From IMG/VR virus record IMGVR_UViG_2654587674_000003: DNA of 64,000 nt; one strand, given 5' to 3'. This document shows positions 9,680 to 19,624 of this stretch, in pieces. Positions within the stretch are counted from its first letter, which is position 1; every line of letters begins with the position of its first letter. Below the pieces are notes generated by a model. That model did no database searches and had not been told where the DNA came from. It was given only the letters and a program-made list of their open reading frames with translations. The DNA comes from a virus (Duplodnaviria > Heunggongvirae > Uroviricota > Caudoviricetes). Both the position numbers and the translations under genes were made by a program.

Positions 9680-10435
9680 ATGAACAGAGCGGAATTAACA
9701 GCAAAAGCCGTCAGCCTGATTGAGTCAGCGACACCTATTAGTCGTAGTTTGGCACAAGCCAATGAGATCACGGAGGCTGCTTATCACCTGACTCGCGACC
9801 AAAAGCGACTGTTGTTTATTGTGGTGGGAAGACTTCGCTATGCTTCTAAGGATGGCGTTCTTGGTTCAGGTGCCTGTGAGTTGACGGTCAACGAATATGC
9901 AGAGATGTATAATTTGCCCTCTGCTGAAGCCAGCAAGGATATTCGTAAGGCCATTTCAGGTCTTAGCGAGAAGAAAGTTACGATATATAACCCTGATGAA
10001 TCGACCGAATCAGAAGACAGTTATGAGTCTTATCCCTGGATGATTAAGGATGCCTATTCACCACGTCGCGGGACTTACATTATTCATCTTAATCCATATC
10101 TCATGCCGTTTTTTACTCTGCTTGATAAGAGATTCACAAGGCTGAATTTTACCGAAGTATCTCGCCTTACAAATCCTTATTCTATGCGGCTTTATGAGTC
10201 CTTATGCCAGTACAGGAAGGATGATGGAAGCGGCTTTGCCATACTTGGCGTCGAATGGATGCGGGAGCGTTATGGGTTACCAAAAAGCTATCAGCGGTAT
10301 GCCGAATTTAAGAGAAGTTTTTTAACGAAGGCTGTAGCAGAGATTGAAAAAAATACAAAAATGAAAATAGTCTTCTCAGAGGTGACGGAAGGCGGCAAAG
10401 TTACCAGGATAAAATTTACCTATCAGCAGTCTTAA
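9680..10435 (+). CDS. repA: Iteron-binding replication initiator RepA
   Basis: ORF flanked by iteron arrays; ATG at 9680 preferred over the TTG at 9647 that lies inside the last iteron. Confidence 0.75.
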   Translation: MNRAELTAKAVSLIESATPISRSLAQANEITEAAYHLTRDQKRLLFIVVGRLRYASKDGVLGSGACELTVNEYAEMYNLPSAEASKDIRKAISGLSEKKVTIYNPDESTESEDSYESYPWMIKDAYSPRRGTYIIHLNPYLMPFFTLLDKRFTRLNFTEVSRLTNPYSMRLYESLCQYRKDDGSGFAILGVEWMRERYGLPKSYQRYAEFKRSFLTKAVAEIEKNTKMKIVFSEVTEGGKVTRIKFTYQQS

Positions 10436-10765
10436 GGGCAATTTTTACACCCCTCTCAAGGTGTAGAATTTGCCCTTAACGATCGGCAATTGAGGGCAAT
10501 TTTTACATCTTAATTGCATGTATCTTGTTATTAGCAAGTTGTGTTTTTATATAACGTATTGATATGTAAGGACTATGTAAAAATCGCCCTCAACCAATAT
10601 CGTGCGTATCGTGCATTCTTATTGCGCTTTTTTATTATCATTCACTGTGTTAACTGATTGATATTATTGAAATGTGTAAAGAATGCCTTCATTACAGATG
10701 AATTGATGATGTAAAAAATGCCCTCAAAATTGCGCTACCTTCCCTACCCGCTATCGTTGAGGGCG
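10435..10765. repeat. Second iteron cluster downstream of repA, both orientations (incA-like copy-control)
   Basis: At least six copies of GTGTA(A/G)AAATTGCCCT(C/T)A-like elements near 10435, 10460, 10491, 10576, 10674, 10708. Confidence 0.7.
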
Positions 10766-10816
10766 TGGGTGCTGACGGGAAATGAGCAACCCTCCAGCAC
10801 ACATAATTAAAGCTAT

Positions 10817-11524
10817 TCAGAATTTGATCACTCCACTCACAGCCCCCTTTAACGCACTTGTAGCCATGCCAGCGGCACCGTTGACCAAAGCAGAAACACC
10901 TGAGCCTGCGGATGTGTATTTCTGGAAAGTGATTGGGTATGACAAGAACTCTGACACCTGATCACGTGAGCGTGTGATTTCCCCAAGTTGCGTAGGAAAT
11001 ACGCGCATTTCTTCTTCCAGTTCTTTTCCGCCGTCCTGAGTCACCCGGTAGACACGGATTTTCATCAGATATTCAGGAGGAAGGTTTATTGTTCCATCAG
11101 GATTTGTTACACGAGAACGACGCTCTTTGAACCAGTCCATGATCTTGCCATCTTCGGTATCCCTCACGGTCATAGTGACCGGTCCAGCGCTAACATAGGT
11201 TGGCTTGCTGAATTCTACGCTGCCGATCACCTTGCTTTCTGTCTCAATGTTTCCACTGCTGTAGGTGATATCCTTCACGAACATATCGAAGCCGTTCAGG
11301 CCATCCACTTCAACGGTCCACTGCCACCCCTGGGCGTAACGGATACGCATAGCGGCAGCAACAATATTTTTCCCGTAGGCAATATCGCTACTGTAATTCC
11401 CGCTTACCCCGCCGCCTGATATGGCTTTATCAAGAATGTCGCTAATGAGGTTGCTGGTGAATGATTTCGTGTTAAATGACAATGCGGTGGTCAACGTTCT
11501 ACCAACGCTGCTGAAAATACTCAC
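10817..11524 (-). CDS. Virion-associated hypothetical protein (235 aa)
   Basis: Last ORF of the minus-strand capsid/sheath cluster. Confidence 0.4.
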   Translation of the reverse strand: MSIFSSVGRTLTTALSFNTKSFTSNLISDILDKAISGGGVSGNYSSDIAYGKNIVAAAMRIRYAQGWQWTVEVDGLNGFDMFVKDITYSSGNIETESKVIGSVEFSKPTYVSAGPVTMTVRDTEDGKIMDWFKERRSRVTNPDGTINLPPEYLMKIRVYRVTQDGGKELEEEMRVFPTQLGEITRSRDQVSEFLSYPITFQKYTSAGSGVSALVNGAAGMATSALKGAVSGVIKF

Positions 11525-11539
11525 TCTGCGCCTCCAGCG

Positions 11540-12091
11540 TTAAAAAATGGTAGCCCCCGGAATAATGGCCCGGTTTGAGGACATTTTTTCCTCAATCTCC
11601 TGCACGCGGGCATATAGCGTGGCTTCATCGGGCAGATCGGAGTAGTCAAATTTCCCGTCGATGGACGCTCTACGCTGCCGGGCGACATTTCTTACATTGA
11701 TAAGCGCCTCCAGATATTCCTCCAGCATTCCAATGATTGCAGGAGGCACTTGCCATTCATCCAGCTCTCTGTCGCGTAGATTAACCAGATACAGCATTCG
11801 AAAAGGCCAGCGTTCTGAACCTGTTAGCTCTAATTCAATAAATCCGGATAATTCATCCGAATAGACCAACAAGCCGTTGTTGTCGGTAACATGAACCAGA
11901 GAGAGATAATCTTCTGGCAACGGGATTGCAGTACCACCAGCTTTTTCAAGTTTTAACGTTTTCACTACCCCTGCCCTGTCCTGATACGTGGTCAGAGCTT
12001 TGATCAGGAATGCTTTCAACGTTTCTTCTTCACGCACAAGCAGCGGATTAAATCGCTCTTTAACGCTTTCTAATAATTCAATTGGTGTCAT
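11540..12091 (-). CDS. Virion-associated hypothetical protein (183 aa)
   Basis: ORF in structural cluster. Confidence 0.4.
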   Translation of the reverse strand: MTPIELLESVKERFNPLLVREEETLKAFLIKALTTYQDRAGVVKTLKLEKAGGTAIPLPEDYLSLVHVTDNNGLLVYSDELSGFIELELTGSERWPFRMLYLVNLRDRELDEWQVPPAIIGMLEEYLEALINVRNVARQRRASIDGKFDYSDLPDEATLYARVQEIEEKMSSNRAIIPGATIF

Positions 12092-12145
12092 TGTTGCCTA
12101 CAACTCAATAACAAGGATGTTCCCGCCACAAGGGCGGGATAGAGA

Positions 12146-12637
12146 TTATTCCGCCCAGTTGTAAACAATGCGCAGGGAAGGTTTAACGACCGCCGTTACG
12201 TCTTCGGATGAGAAGTCCACGGCGTCGGAATACACTTTGCAATGAGAATATGTGCGGATCAGACCTTTATGGTTACCGCTATTCGATTCAGCCGCCGCCT
12301 GTAAGGTAATTTCCAGATATTCTTTTCCGTATACCATCTGTTTTACAGCGGCGAGAACTGCGCCTTCGATAGTTTCCGCGCATGTGACCTGAAATTCACC
12401 AGAGTTGCGTAATGGTCCGTGCTGGTTGAATTTCATGCCACCAGGGGCGTAATCCTCCACATCCTCACGTGTCATTTCTGGTAACTGAGCTGTACGAACT
12501 AGTACAGACAGATGTTCGTAACCCTTAATGGTCATCCAATATTCAGAACCAATAAGTTTTTCGCCTGCAGCCAGGTTTTTATTAAACCGGGATTTTAGAA
12601 AGGCCATATCGGCTTTTGTATTTGCAAAACCGGACAT
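12146..12637 (-). CDS. Putative tail tube-type protein (163 aa)
   Basis: Size and position downstream of the sheath candidate; no motif support. Confidence 0.35.
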   Translation of the reverse strand: MSGFANTKADMAFLKSRFNKNLAAGEKLIGSEYWMTIKGYEHLSVLVRTAQLPEMTREDVEDYAPGGMKFNQHGPLRNSGEFQVTCAETIEGAVLAAVKQMVYGKEYLEITLQAAAESNSGNHKGLIRTYSHCKVYSDAVDFSSEDVTAVVKPSLRIVYNWAE

Positions 12638-12645
12638 AAATACTC

Positions 12646-13236
12646 CTACACAAAAACAGATGAGATATTGCTACGGTTGATCGATGTGTTACCGCTGCAT
12701 TGCAGGGTTACCGTGTTATGAGTGAAATAGCCTTCCGGTGTGCGCGGGGCGTCCAGTTGGTAACTCACGCTTTTGATAACAACGTCGGTAAGGGCTATGT
12801 TCCTACCTATGTTTAACGTTACTGTCTCCGGGCGACGACCGAATGGCGCTACATTGTTCAGTTCCGGCGATTCCATCTTCAGCAATGCTGTAATGGCTGC
12901 GTTCACTTCAAGTTGCGCGTTCGTTGTCGCCATGAAATCAATTACCAGATTAAATTCAGGCGGTTGCTGACCTTCCCAAACAAGCATTGAGTTGAAGAGG
13001 GTTTTTGTTGTTACGCCGGTTGCGGTCTGAAGCGTATCTGCAAGAGAGCCAGCCGCAGCGCTAATACCGCCAAGCAAACCTCCTACTGACTGGTTTTCAA
13101 ATGGTGATTGCCACATTGATGACAGTTCTGCGGTAGATCCTTCACCGATATAACCGACGACCATATCCTCTGAAGAGAGGATATAAACCTTCATTAACGG
13201 ACTTATTCCGTCAGGCATTATCGCGCCGCAAATCAA
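12646..13236 (-). CDS. Virion-associated hypothetical protein (196 aa)
   Basis: TTG start with GGGAG upstream; internal ATGs are alternative starts. Confidence 0.4.
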   Translation of the reverse strand: MICGAIMPDGISPLMKVYILSSEDMVVGYIGEGSTAELSSMWQSPFENQSVGGLLGGISAAAGSLADTLQTATGVTTKTLFNSMLVWEGQQPPEFNLVIDFMATTNAQLEVNAAITALLKMESPELNNVAPFGRRPETVTLNIGRNIALTDVVIKSVSYQLDAPRTPEGYFTHNTVTLQCSGNTSINRSNISSVFV

Positions 13237-13285
13237 ACGCTATTTCTCCCAGGTAGAGGCCACCTTTGCAGACGGCCTATGTCAC

Positions 13286-14026
13286 TTACAAACCGCGTTT
13301 TTTGCGAATGCGCATTGATTTTTTGCGGTTGATATTCGCTACGGATGTATGTGCTTTGCGGCGTGCTTTTTTCAGCGCCTGTTTTTGCAATGACGTCATG
13401 CGGCGAGGACGCGGGCGTTTACGGATGATGGTTACCTTGCCATCACGAACCACTTTTTTACGTACCGCTTCCAGCATTGCGCTATCACCACCAGCAACGG
13501 TGTAAATGGCAATAGCTGTTTCCATCATGTCGGTGTCGCTTTCGGAAAGAGCGTCATAAACACGTTCGGCAGCTGAGTCATCTTCATCGTCGATCATTTC
13601 GGTTACATCATCCTGATCAGCGCCAAGCGCAACAGCTGCATCAGCAAGAGCTGCGAGTGCATCGTTATAAGCATCGATTTGCTCATCGGTGAAATCGGTG
13701 TCTTCATCGATATCAGCCAGGCCAGCCATAGTGATTGCTAATGCATCAAATGAGTCAGCCTCCGGATCACCATCTTCAACCCAACCAGCAAGCATGGACG
13801 CTGCCAGGCTGCGCATATCACCTTGTGCACGGGATTCAACCGCTTCCATCATCGCGGTTTCAATGTCGTCTTTGGGCTTTGGTTGAGTGTCCTTTCCTTT
13901 CTGTCCTGCGCTTTCCAGCATGGCGTTATCATTATTGTCCTGAGTGGATTTATCACCGCTTTCAAAGCAGCCAGAACCGAAAATCGCACGCATAAACGGA
14001 TCAGCAGTATAATTTTTCATATTCAA
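13286..14026 (-). CDS. Acidic virion/scaffold-like protein with basic C-terminal tail (246 aa)
   Basis: D/E-rich body, K/R-rich last 50 residues; lies between sheath and tube candidates. Confidence 0.45.
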   Translation of the reverse strand: MNMKNYTADPFMRAIFGSGCFESGDKSTQDNNDNAMLESAGQKGKDTQPKPKDDIETAMMEAVESRAQGDMRSLAASMLAGWVEDGDPEADSFDALAITMAGLADIDEDTDFTDEQIDAYNDALAALADAAVALGADQDDVTEMIDDEDDSAAERVYDALSESDTDMMETAIAIYTVAGGDSAMLEAVRKKVVRDGKVTIIRKRPRPRRMTSLQKQALKKARRKAHTSVANINRKKSMRIRKKRGL

Positions 14027-14063
14027 ACCTCTCTCCCCCGCATCATTTAGCGGGGGTTATAAA

Positions 14064-15722
14064 TCAGCGCATCAGAATTGGCTTACCGACGATTCGGCGA
14101 GCTGTACCGGTCGGACAAACAGACCAGGCCACTTCCCACAGATCGATGTCCTTTTGGACAACCTGAACAACATATGGATCTTCACCCTGGGACTTGTCAC
14201 GTGGAGTAACCAGCGCACCGGCTGCAACGTAACGGTCAAGCAATTCAGTCATTGCTTTCATTAGCGCTTCTTTGGTAATGCCATCCGGTTCGTGCTTAAT
14301 CGCCTGAGCAACTTCGTAGAAATTGCGTGCGATAGCGTTCATCAGGGACGATACGTGCTGGAATCGCAGATAGTTGTTTTTGCTGTAAGTTGTTAAAGAG
14401 TCGTCAATGTAAACGGACCCGTCAGCAGCAACTGAAACTGGATTAATGCGCGCAAGAACGAACGCTTCACGATCAACTGCACCGATATTTGGAATTCGGG
14501 CAATGTTCTGTCGATCAATAATCGCGCGTGATATACCTGCCGGTGCGTAATGCCAACCACCAACATCCGGTACCAGCGCCACTCCTTTTGCCTTCGCTAC
14601 GAATGCGTCGCAGCTAATGCCATAGACGACATTCATTCCAGTGAAAGTATCTCGGCAGGAGAGCGGGAAGTAGTAACGACTTGGTTGATGTGAGCCGCCA
14701 AAACTATGGCTTTTCGCTTCTGAAATAGCGTTTTCAGGTGTCTGGTTGCCCTTCAGGTCATAGAACATGTCTACGCGAACATCTTCAGCCAGCTTTTTGA
14801 TTGCGGCTAAGGCGGATGCGTCATAACAACCCAATGACAGCAATGCGGTGTAATTAACCTCTGAAGCTTCGAGAACCTTTAATGCTTCCAGATAGTCTGC
14901 AGCGTTAATTTCGGACAGATTTCCATCAGTACCACCTTCAAAAGCTACATCCTCAAAAATGAGTTGAGCAGCGGATGCTTCTGCATTATCTGCCAGTACG
15001 GCACCAATGCGAGAGGACTGGCTTTCAAGCAGTGTCGGAATCCATGCTGGTTGGCCCATGTCGTTGGTGCCTTCTGGATTGAAAGACACTTGGTGGCTTT
15101 CCAGCACCTCAATGGACCCATCGGTTTGTTTTTCTTTCAGCGTCAGCGTAAAGAGTTCGCTTTCTTCATCATCGCGAGTTAGTGATAACGTACGATTTTG
15201 AGATGCATCACCATCTTTGATGAAGAATAATGCCTTCTCTCCACCTTTAATCTGGGGCGTCTCTTTGGGTGTGAAGGTCACTGATTGAGTCGTTGCAGTT
15301 GAAGCAACACCAACGCTTAATGTGTCACCTGGATTTACTGTGGTTTCAGTAGGTTCAACGGAAAGTTCTTTGCTCGCCTTTGCCGCTTTTGCTTTGCCCA
15401 CAACGGAAACAGAAATACCCGGCACCTTCATGTCTTTAGCGCAAACTCGAACGACATATCCAGAGCCGCCTTTTACTGCACGCTCCACGTGGCGATATGG
15501 TTCAAATGCCGCGCCCTGGCGAGGGTGAATCGGTGAACCTAATACGCTTTGATAAGTCGTATCGTCAACTTTCAGTACCTTACCCGGTGCGCCACGACGC
15601 GATATTACAAGCCCAGCAAAGACGGATGCGCCACCGCTGGTATTGGTGAGGGTAGCGTCAGCATTTACTGACATTACAGCAACGCCAGCTGCCTGCCCTA
15701 CCGAAAAACTAATCTTATTCAT
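14064..15722 (-). CDS. Putative contractile tail sheath protein (552 aa)
   Basis: Size and C-terminal sequence pattern reminiscent of sheath proteins; Ig-like insertion in N-terminal third. Confidence 0.5.
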   Translation of the reverse strand: MNKISFSVGQAAGVAVMSVNADATLTNTSGGASVFAGLVISRRGAPGKVLKVDDTTYQSVLGSPIHPRQGAAFEPYRHVERAVKGGSGYVVRVCAKDMKVPGISVSVVGKAKAAKASKELSVEPTETTVNPGDTLSVGVASTATTQSVTFTPKETPQIKGGEKALFFIKDGDASQNRTLSLTRDDEESELFTLTLKEKQTDGSIEVLESHQVSFNPEGTNDMGQPAWIPTLLESQSSRIGAVLADNAEASAAQLIFEDVAFEGGTDGNLSEINAADYLEALKVLEASEVNYTALLSLGCYDASALAAIKKLAEDVRVDMFYDLKGNQTPENAISEAKSHSFGGSHQPSRYYFPLSCRDTFTGMNVVYGISCDAFVAKAKGVALVPDVGGWHYAPAGISRAIIDRQNIARIPNIGAVDREAFVLARINPVSVAADGSVYIDDSLTTYSKNNYLRFQHVSSLMNAIARNFYEVAQAIKHEPDGITKEALMKAMTELLDRYVAAGALVTPRDKSQGEDPYVVQVVQKDIDLWEVAWSVCPTGTARRIVGKPILMR

Positions 15723-15789
15723 GCTGGTTCTTATCCTCTAAAGCGAGAGAACGAGGCAAGGCTACCCACGGTTAATGGGCAGCCTCTGA

Positions 15790-16068
15790 TCAGGATTGGC
15801 TTACCGTGAAGTTATCGCCTACGGTTACTTCTTTCGTAGTTGGTTCAACACTGACGGTGCTTACGCTTTTATGTGCCTCCCTAACAGTGACTGTGCACTG
15901 TGCGGTTTTATTGCCGTCATTTGTTTTGATTGTCAGCACTGCCTGCCCGACCTTAAGAGCGGTACATGTAGTGCCATCAACCCGGACAATATCAGGGTGA
16001 TCTGACTCAACAGTGAAAGATTTGTCTGTTGCGTCAGATGGCGTGATAGTTACTTGAATGTTTGCCAT
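15790..16068 (-). CDS. Ig-like (Big_2-type) domain protein (92 aa)
   Basis: Beta-rich T/V-rich sequence; between capsid and sheath candidates. Confidence 0.5.
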   Translation of the reverse strand: MANIQVTITPSDATDKSFTVESDHPDIVRVDGTTCTALKVGQAVLTIKTNDGNKTAQCTVTVREAHKSVSTVSVEPTTKEVTVGDNFTVSQS

Positions 16069-16215
16069 TTTTTTCTCCTGAACGCCCCTTAATCAGGGGC
16101 GTGTTTTTGCCTTACTTCTGCTTTGTTTTTTTCTGTGCCTTTGAAGTGTTCGCGGCGATAGTTTCACCTTCATCTACGTCAAGTGACGTTGGTGATACCG
16201 ACACGTTCGCCACCA

Positions 16216-17913
16216 TCACTTTTTTTCGTTAACCTTGCCTGTCAGCATGTCGATAGCACCTTCTTTGGCGCGAGTCAGACGCAGGCGGGTGAAGTAGTTT
16301 TCACCGTTGCGAGGATGTACTTCGTTGATGGCACTGCCCCAGAGAGTGGTACGGTTAACGAGAGACGGATTGGTTTCGTGCACGTAAGGGATTGCTGGGA
16401 CTGCATCACCAGCAATCAGACCGGCTTTACCGATGCCTTCGCCACGCCCATAGAAGAAGATGTCATCCAGCCCGAAGTCATATCCCTGTGCCTGGAATTG
16501 CTCACAGACAGGTTGCGGCACTTCGTAAATACGAATCGTGCCAAACAGGGTGCCGATGTACTGTACATACGGCGACTGAACGTAACCTGGTGCGATCTGG
16601 AAGTGCTGTGGAGGCAGAGAGCGCAGGAAGTTCGCGGCGTCACCACCAGCAAAGCCGCCACGAATACCCGTTGTCAGGGTACGATTTGCCATTTCTTGAG
16701 ACAGAGCGTTTACTACGTGACGCAGGAGGCCGACCCAGGACTCATAGTTTTGAGCTTCCGGCAGAGCCACATCAAATTCACGACCATAAACGGTATGGAA
16801 TACCAGGGTGCGCAGACGCATGATGTCGGTTTCATGGGAGATCCAGTTACGCATCGCGGAGAACTGAAGTGCCGCTAATTCAAGGCCGTGCTCACGGCTT
16901 AAATCGGATGCGGACATTACCGTGTGTTCGGAAGCAATTACGTACTGGGACGGACGAACTTCGTACTTACGCATAGCCTGGTTGATCACAGGAATCAGGC
17001 TTGGATTGCGCTCGATGTTAATTTCGACCTGAACAGCAATTTCAGTACCTTCTGGCGGAGCCTGGGTAAATGTAATGTCAATGACACCAGTGTCATAGGC
17101 AACTTTGGCAGTCACTGAGAAAGCTTTACCTTTGCTGTCTTTAGCATTGAAATAAAGGTTGCCATCGCCGTCGTCAACTTTGGACGGTTTGCGGTTGATC
17201 AGCAGTTTGTTATAACCAGCGCGAAGCGGGCAGGATTGTCCCTCAAAATTTTGGATGTCGAACTGGAAGGTTTTGGTGCTGCCATCCCCTTTAGTGGAAA
17301 GGGTATACAGGCGCTTCATTTGAGAATAAACACCAGCTGACTGCATATTCAGTTCGTCACCTTGTTTGAAGGTGCCGAATTTTGTGCCTGCTACGTTGAC
17401 CAGTTCATAAATATTTGACTCGTCACGATCACAAGGAACAAAAGTACAGGCATCACTGGTAGCAGCGCCCAGAGAGGCAGGCAGAATTAGAGCAGCATAT
17501 TGAGCAACTTTCATTACGCCGTCAGAGCTACGCATTGATTGCGCGACAGACTCAAACATTGCCTTACCCGTGCCTTCATGGGTATCACTGGCACATTCAG
17601 TCATCAGGCGCTCAAGAGCCATGTGTGCGTTCGCCAGGATGTCACTTGCCGGGTAATGACCATGTTGACGTTTATACTCATGCAGAGACATAGCCCACCC
17701 ACCAGTGATCTGACGAGCGACCTCTGGATTTACGCCTTCAAACATAGGCACTTTCTGGATTGCTTTATCCAGGTTTTCCATCATTACTGCCTGGTCAGCA
17801 ATCATGTTGCCTGCTGCATCGGTGGTCGGATCGACGGTCATAGCCATGACGCTTGCCGCCCGATTCATAATCTCGCGCTCGCGATCACGAGCTGGCTGAA
17901 TGTTTTTATTCAC
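16216..17913 (-). CDS. Putative major head protein precursor (565 aa, about 62 kDa)
   Basis: First gene of structural operon; size matches what I recall for the processed P1 major head precursor; GTG start, uncertain. Confidence 0.45.
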   Translation of the reverse strand: MNKNIQPARDREREIMNRAASVMAMTVDPTTDAAGNMIADQAVMMENLDKAIQKVPMFEGVNPEVARQITGGWAMSLHEYKRQHGHYPASDILANAHMALERLMTECASDTHEGTGKAMFESVAQSMRSSDGVMKVAQYAALILPASLGAATSDACTFVPCDRDESNIYELVNVAGTKFGTFKQGDELNMQSAGVYSQMKRLYTLSTKGDGSTKTFQFDIQNFEGQSCPLRAGYNKLLINRKPSKVDDGDGNLYFNAKDSKGKAFSVTAKVAYDTGVIDITFTQAPPEGTEIAVQVEINIERNPSLIPVINQAMRKYEVRPSQYVIASEHTVMSASDLSREHGLELAALQFSAMRNWISHETDIMRLRTLVFHTVYGREFDVALPEAQNYESWVGLLRHVVNALSQEMANRTLTTGIRGGFAGGDAANFLRSLPPQHFQIAPGYVQSPYVQYIGTLFGTIRIYEVPQPVCEQFQAQGYDFGLDDIFFYGRGEGIGKAGLIAGDAVPAIPYVHETNPSLVNRTTLWGSAINEVHPRNGENYFTRLRLTRAKEGAIDMLTGKVNEKK

Positions 17914-18040
17914 GGTTAAGCCCTAAATTCGGGCGCGGCGTGAAGGTTCTTTTGACGGGCTAACAATACCTACTTTGTGATTTAGTCAATAGGTTTAGTA
18001 AAATAAAATATATTAACACGCATATTGTTATGTGATTTAA

Positions 18041-18060
18041 TTTTAGTTTTCTAACACAAA
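18041..18060. promoter_or_regulatory. Operator-like motif TTTTCTAACACAAAT (site 1)
   Basis: Core TTTTCTAACA at 18047-18056 in the divergent intergenic region between the capsid gene and the 18072 gene. Confidence 0.5.
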
Positions 18061-18071
18061 TCATTAGAGTT

Positions 18072-18464
18072 ATGGCGTATCGAATCTTTGTTTCGTATAA
18101 AAATGGCGCTAAGAGCCACTCTCTGAACACAACAAGTCGCTTTCTTGTTGAGGCGCAGTTGGCATCAATTCTTGCCGAAAGTGAGATACTCTCGCTCGCT
18201 GAACGGATCGTTATCCAGTTTTCTGGTAGAGATATACTCAATGTCCCCGCTCTCACCCCGGCCTCCGAAGTTATGGAATCAATTAAATGGCCTGTATGCG
18301 GATGTCCTGCCAGGGTTGAAGAACCGGTAACTGCAACGCTCTACATGCCGAAAGCTGTAAGAGATTGGCTTGCTATGGTTGGCAATGGGAAAGTCAGTGC
18401 TGGACTTCGCAAGTTAATTGAAATGGCAGATATTCCTGAGTTAAAAAATGCATGGCGACAATGA
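18072..18464 (+). CDS. Hypothetical protein (130 aa), possible DNA-binding
   Basis: ORF directly downstream of operator-like site 1. Confidence 0.5.
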   Translation: MAYRIFVSYKNGAKSHSLNTTSRFLVEAQLASILAESEILSLAERIVIQFSGRDILNVPALTPASEVMESIKWPVCGCPARVEEPVTATLYMPKAVRDWLAMVGNGKVSAGLRKLIEMADIPELKNAWRQ

Positions 18465-18480
18465 GTAAACAAGGGACAAA

Positions 18481-18939
18481 ATGAGTCACGTTAACCCATC
18501 AAAAACACAATATCGCTTAATGCTGGCGATCGCGTCAGCTATACCAACCAGCCTGAATCCCCCGGCAGGCTATCCCACTGTTGTTGATGATTGTTTTCAG
18601 TATTACGGAGAAGACATCCTGAGCCAGTCAAAAGCGCTCAAGCAGTTATGTAAGGCAGGTATTCTTCACTGTATCGGAGATCCGGACGATTTTGTTGTTA
18701 TGCTGGCGGATCGTGACTCTTTTCTACTGTCCTGGAAAGCTGGTGCGCGCGAAGCACGTTTGGGGAATGGTATTGGTTACATAGACTATAGCGATTGTCC
18801 GCTGGCATTTGCTGGTGGATATATGCATTGGCATGAGCGAAATAGGGGCCGTCAGCGTCAGTATCGTTTGAGTGACTTTAACGTCTGTCACGGTTTCGAA
18901 GAAGCTGACAGCCAGGACATCTGGCTTCAGGAGCCTTGA
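18481..18939 (+). CDS. Hypothetical protein (152 aa)
   Basis: ORF, RBS-spaced after the previous gene. Confidence 0.5.
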   Translation: MSHVNPSKTQYRLMLAIASAIPTSLNPPAGYPTVVDDCFQYYGEDILSQSKALKQLCKAGILHCIGDPDDFVVMLADRDSFLLSWKAGAREARLGNGIGYIDYSDCPLAFAGGYMHWHERNRGRQRQYRLSDFNVCHGFEEADSQDIWLQEP

Positions 18940-19259
18940 TCCCCCTTCCCTTCCCAAATCTCCCTGTTTCTTTGGTTATTCAGTGCGTTTCGTTGGTTGC
19001 ATTCGTCGATCGTGCTGAATAACTGTTCAGCGTATGTCGGATACTTGTTTAACAGCACTGGCGTGTCTTCTGGCACTAAACAAGGGGAGTAATCAATCAG
19101 ATTTGCCTGCGGCTTGCTGGTGGCTTCTACGGTAATTTTCACTGGCACGCTGGTTGATGGCTTTTGCCCGTTCCCGCTGCATCCTGATAACGTCATCAGG
19201 CACACGCACATCGTTAATCCCAGCACGGCGTAACGCATTTTCAAGGCGAGTGATTTCAT
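18927..19259 (-). CDS. o-spanin-like outer-membrane lipoprotein (Rz1-like)
   Basis: Signal peptide plus lipobox LSGC; gene starts inside the i-spanin gene in another frame. Confidence 0.5.
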   Translation of the reverse strand: MKSLALKMRYAVLGLTMCVCLMTLSGCSGNGQKPSTSVPVKITVEATSKPQANLIDYSPCLVPEDTPVLLNKYPTYAEQLFSTIDECNQRNALNNQRNREIWEGKGDQGS

Positions 19260-19551
19260 TATGGCTTTCCTCCCGTTGTTTGATTAGGTTGGCATTCAGT
19301 TCTGCTGTTTTGCGCTGGTACTCCTTTTCCAGTGCTTTAATTCTTTCGTTTTCGGTCAGCATGGCTGAGCGAGCGTTCTCACTTAACTGTAATGCGGTAG
19401 AAAGCGTGTTGTTCGTGCTTTCCAGTTGTGATTTTGAGTCTTCAAGCGATCGGACATACCTGATGTGTTCGATAACTGCCGTCGTTGTTCGGTAAATTCC
19501 AGAAATGGCTAAAAGCGCAATTACAATCAAAATTATCTTTTTCAAAACCAT
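19093..19551 (-). CDS. i-spanin-like protein (Rz-like): N-terminal TM helix plus coiled coil
   Basis: ATG at 19549-19551 with GGAGAGG upstream; hydrophobic N-terminus, charged helical remainder. Confidence 0.6.
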   Translation of the reverse strand: MVLKKIILIVIALLAISGIYRTTTAVIEHIRYVRSLEDSKSQLESTNNTLSTALQLSENARSAMLTENERIKALEKEYQRKTAELNANLIKQREESHNEITRLENALRRAGINDVRVPDDVIRMQRERAKAINQRASENYRRSHQQAAGKSD

Positions 19552-19624
19552 CCTCTCCAGGTTCATTTTTTTTGGTGTTAAACATGTACCAATTTACATC
19601 CTTTTGTGTGCCTAAGTGGTGTTT

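Noticed and set aside
9538-10765. Possibility that the short direct repeats form a CRISPR array
   Set aside because: Repeats are 19-21 bp at 22-bp phase with almost no spacers, occur in both orientations and flank a Rep gene; these are plasmid iterons.
16183-16878. 231-aa plus-strand ORF inside the capsid-candidate gene
   Set aside because: Fully antisense to a long minus-strand gene in a structural operon; no RBS; typical shadow ORF.
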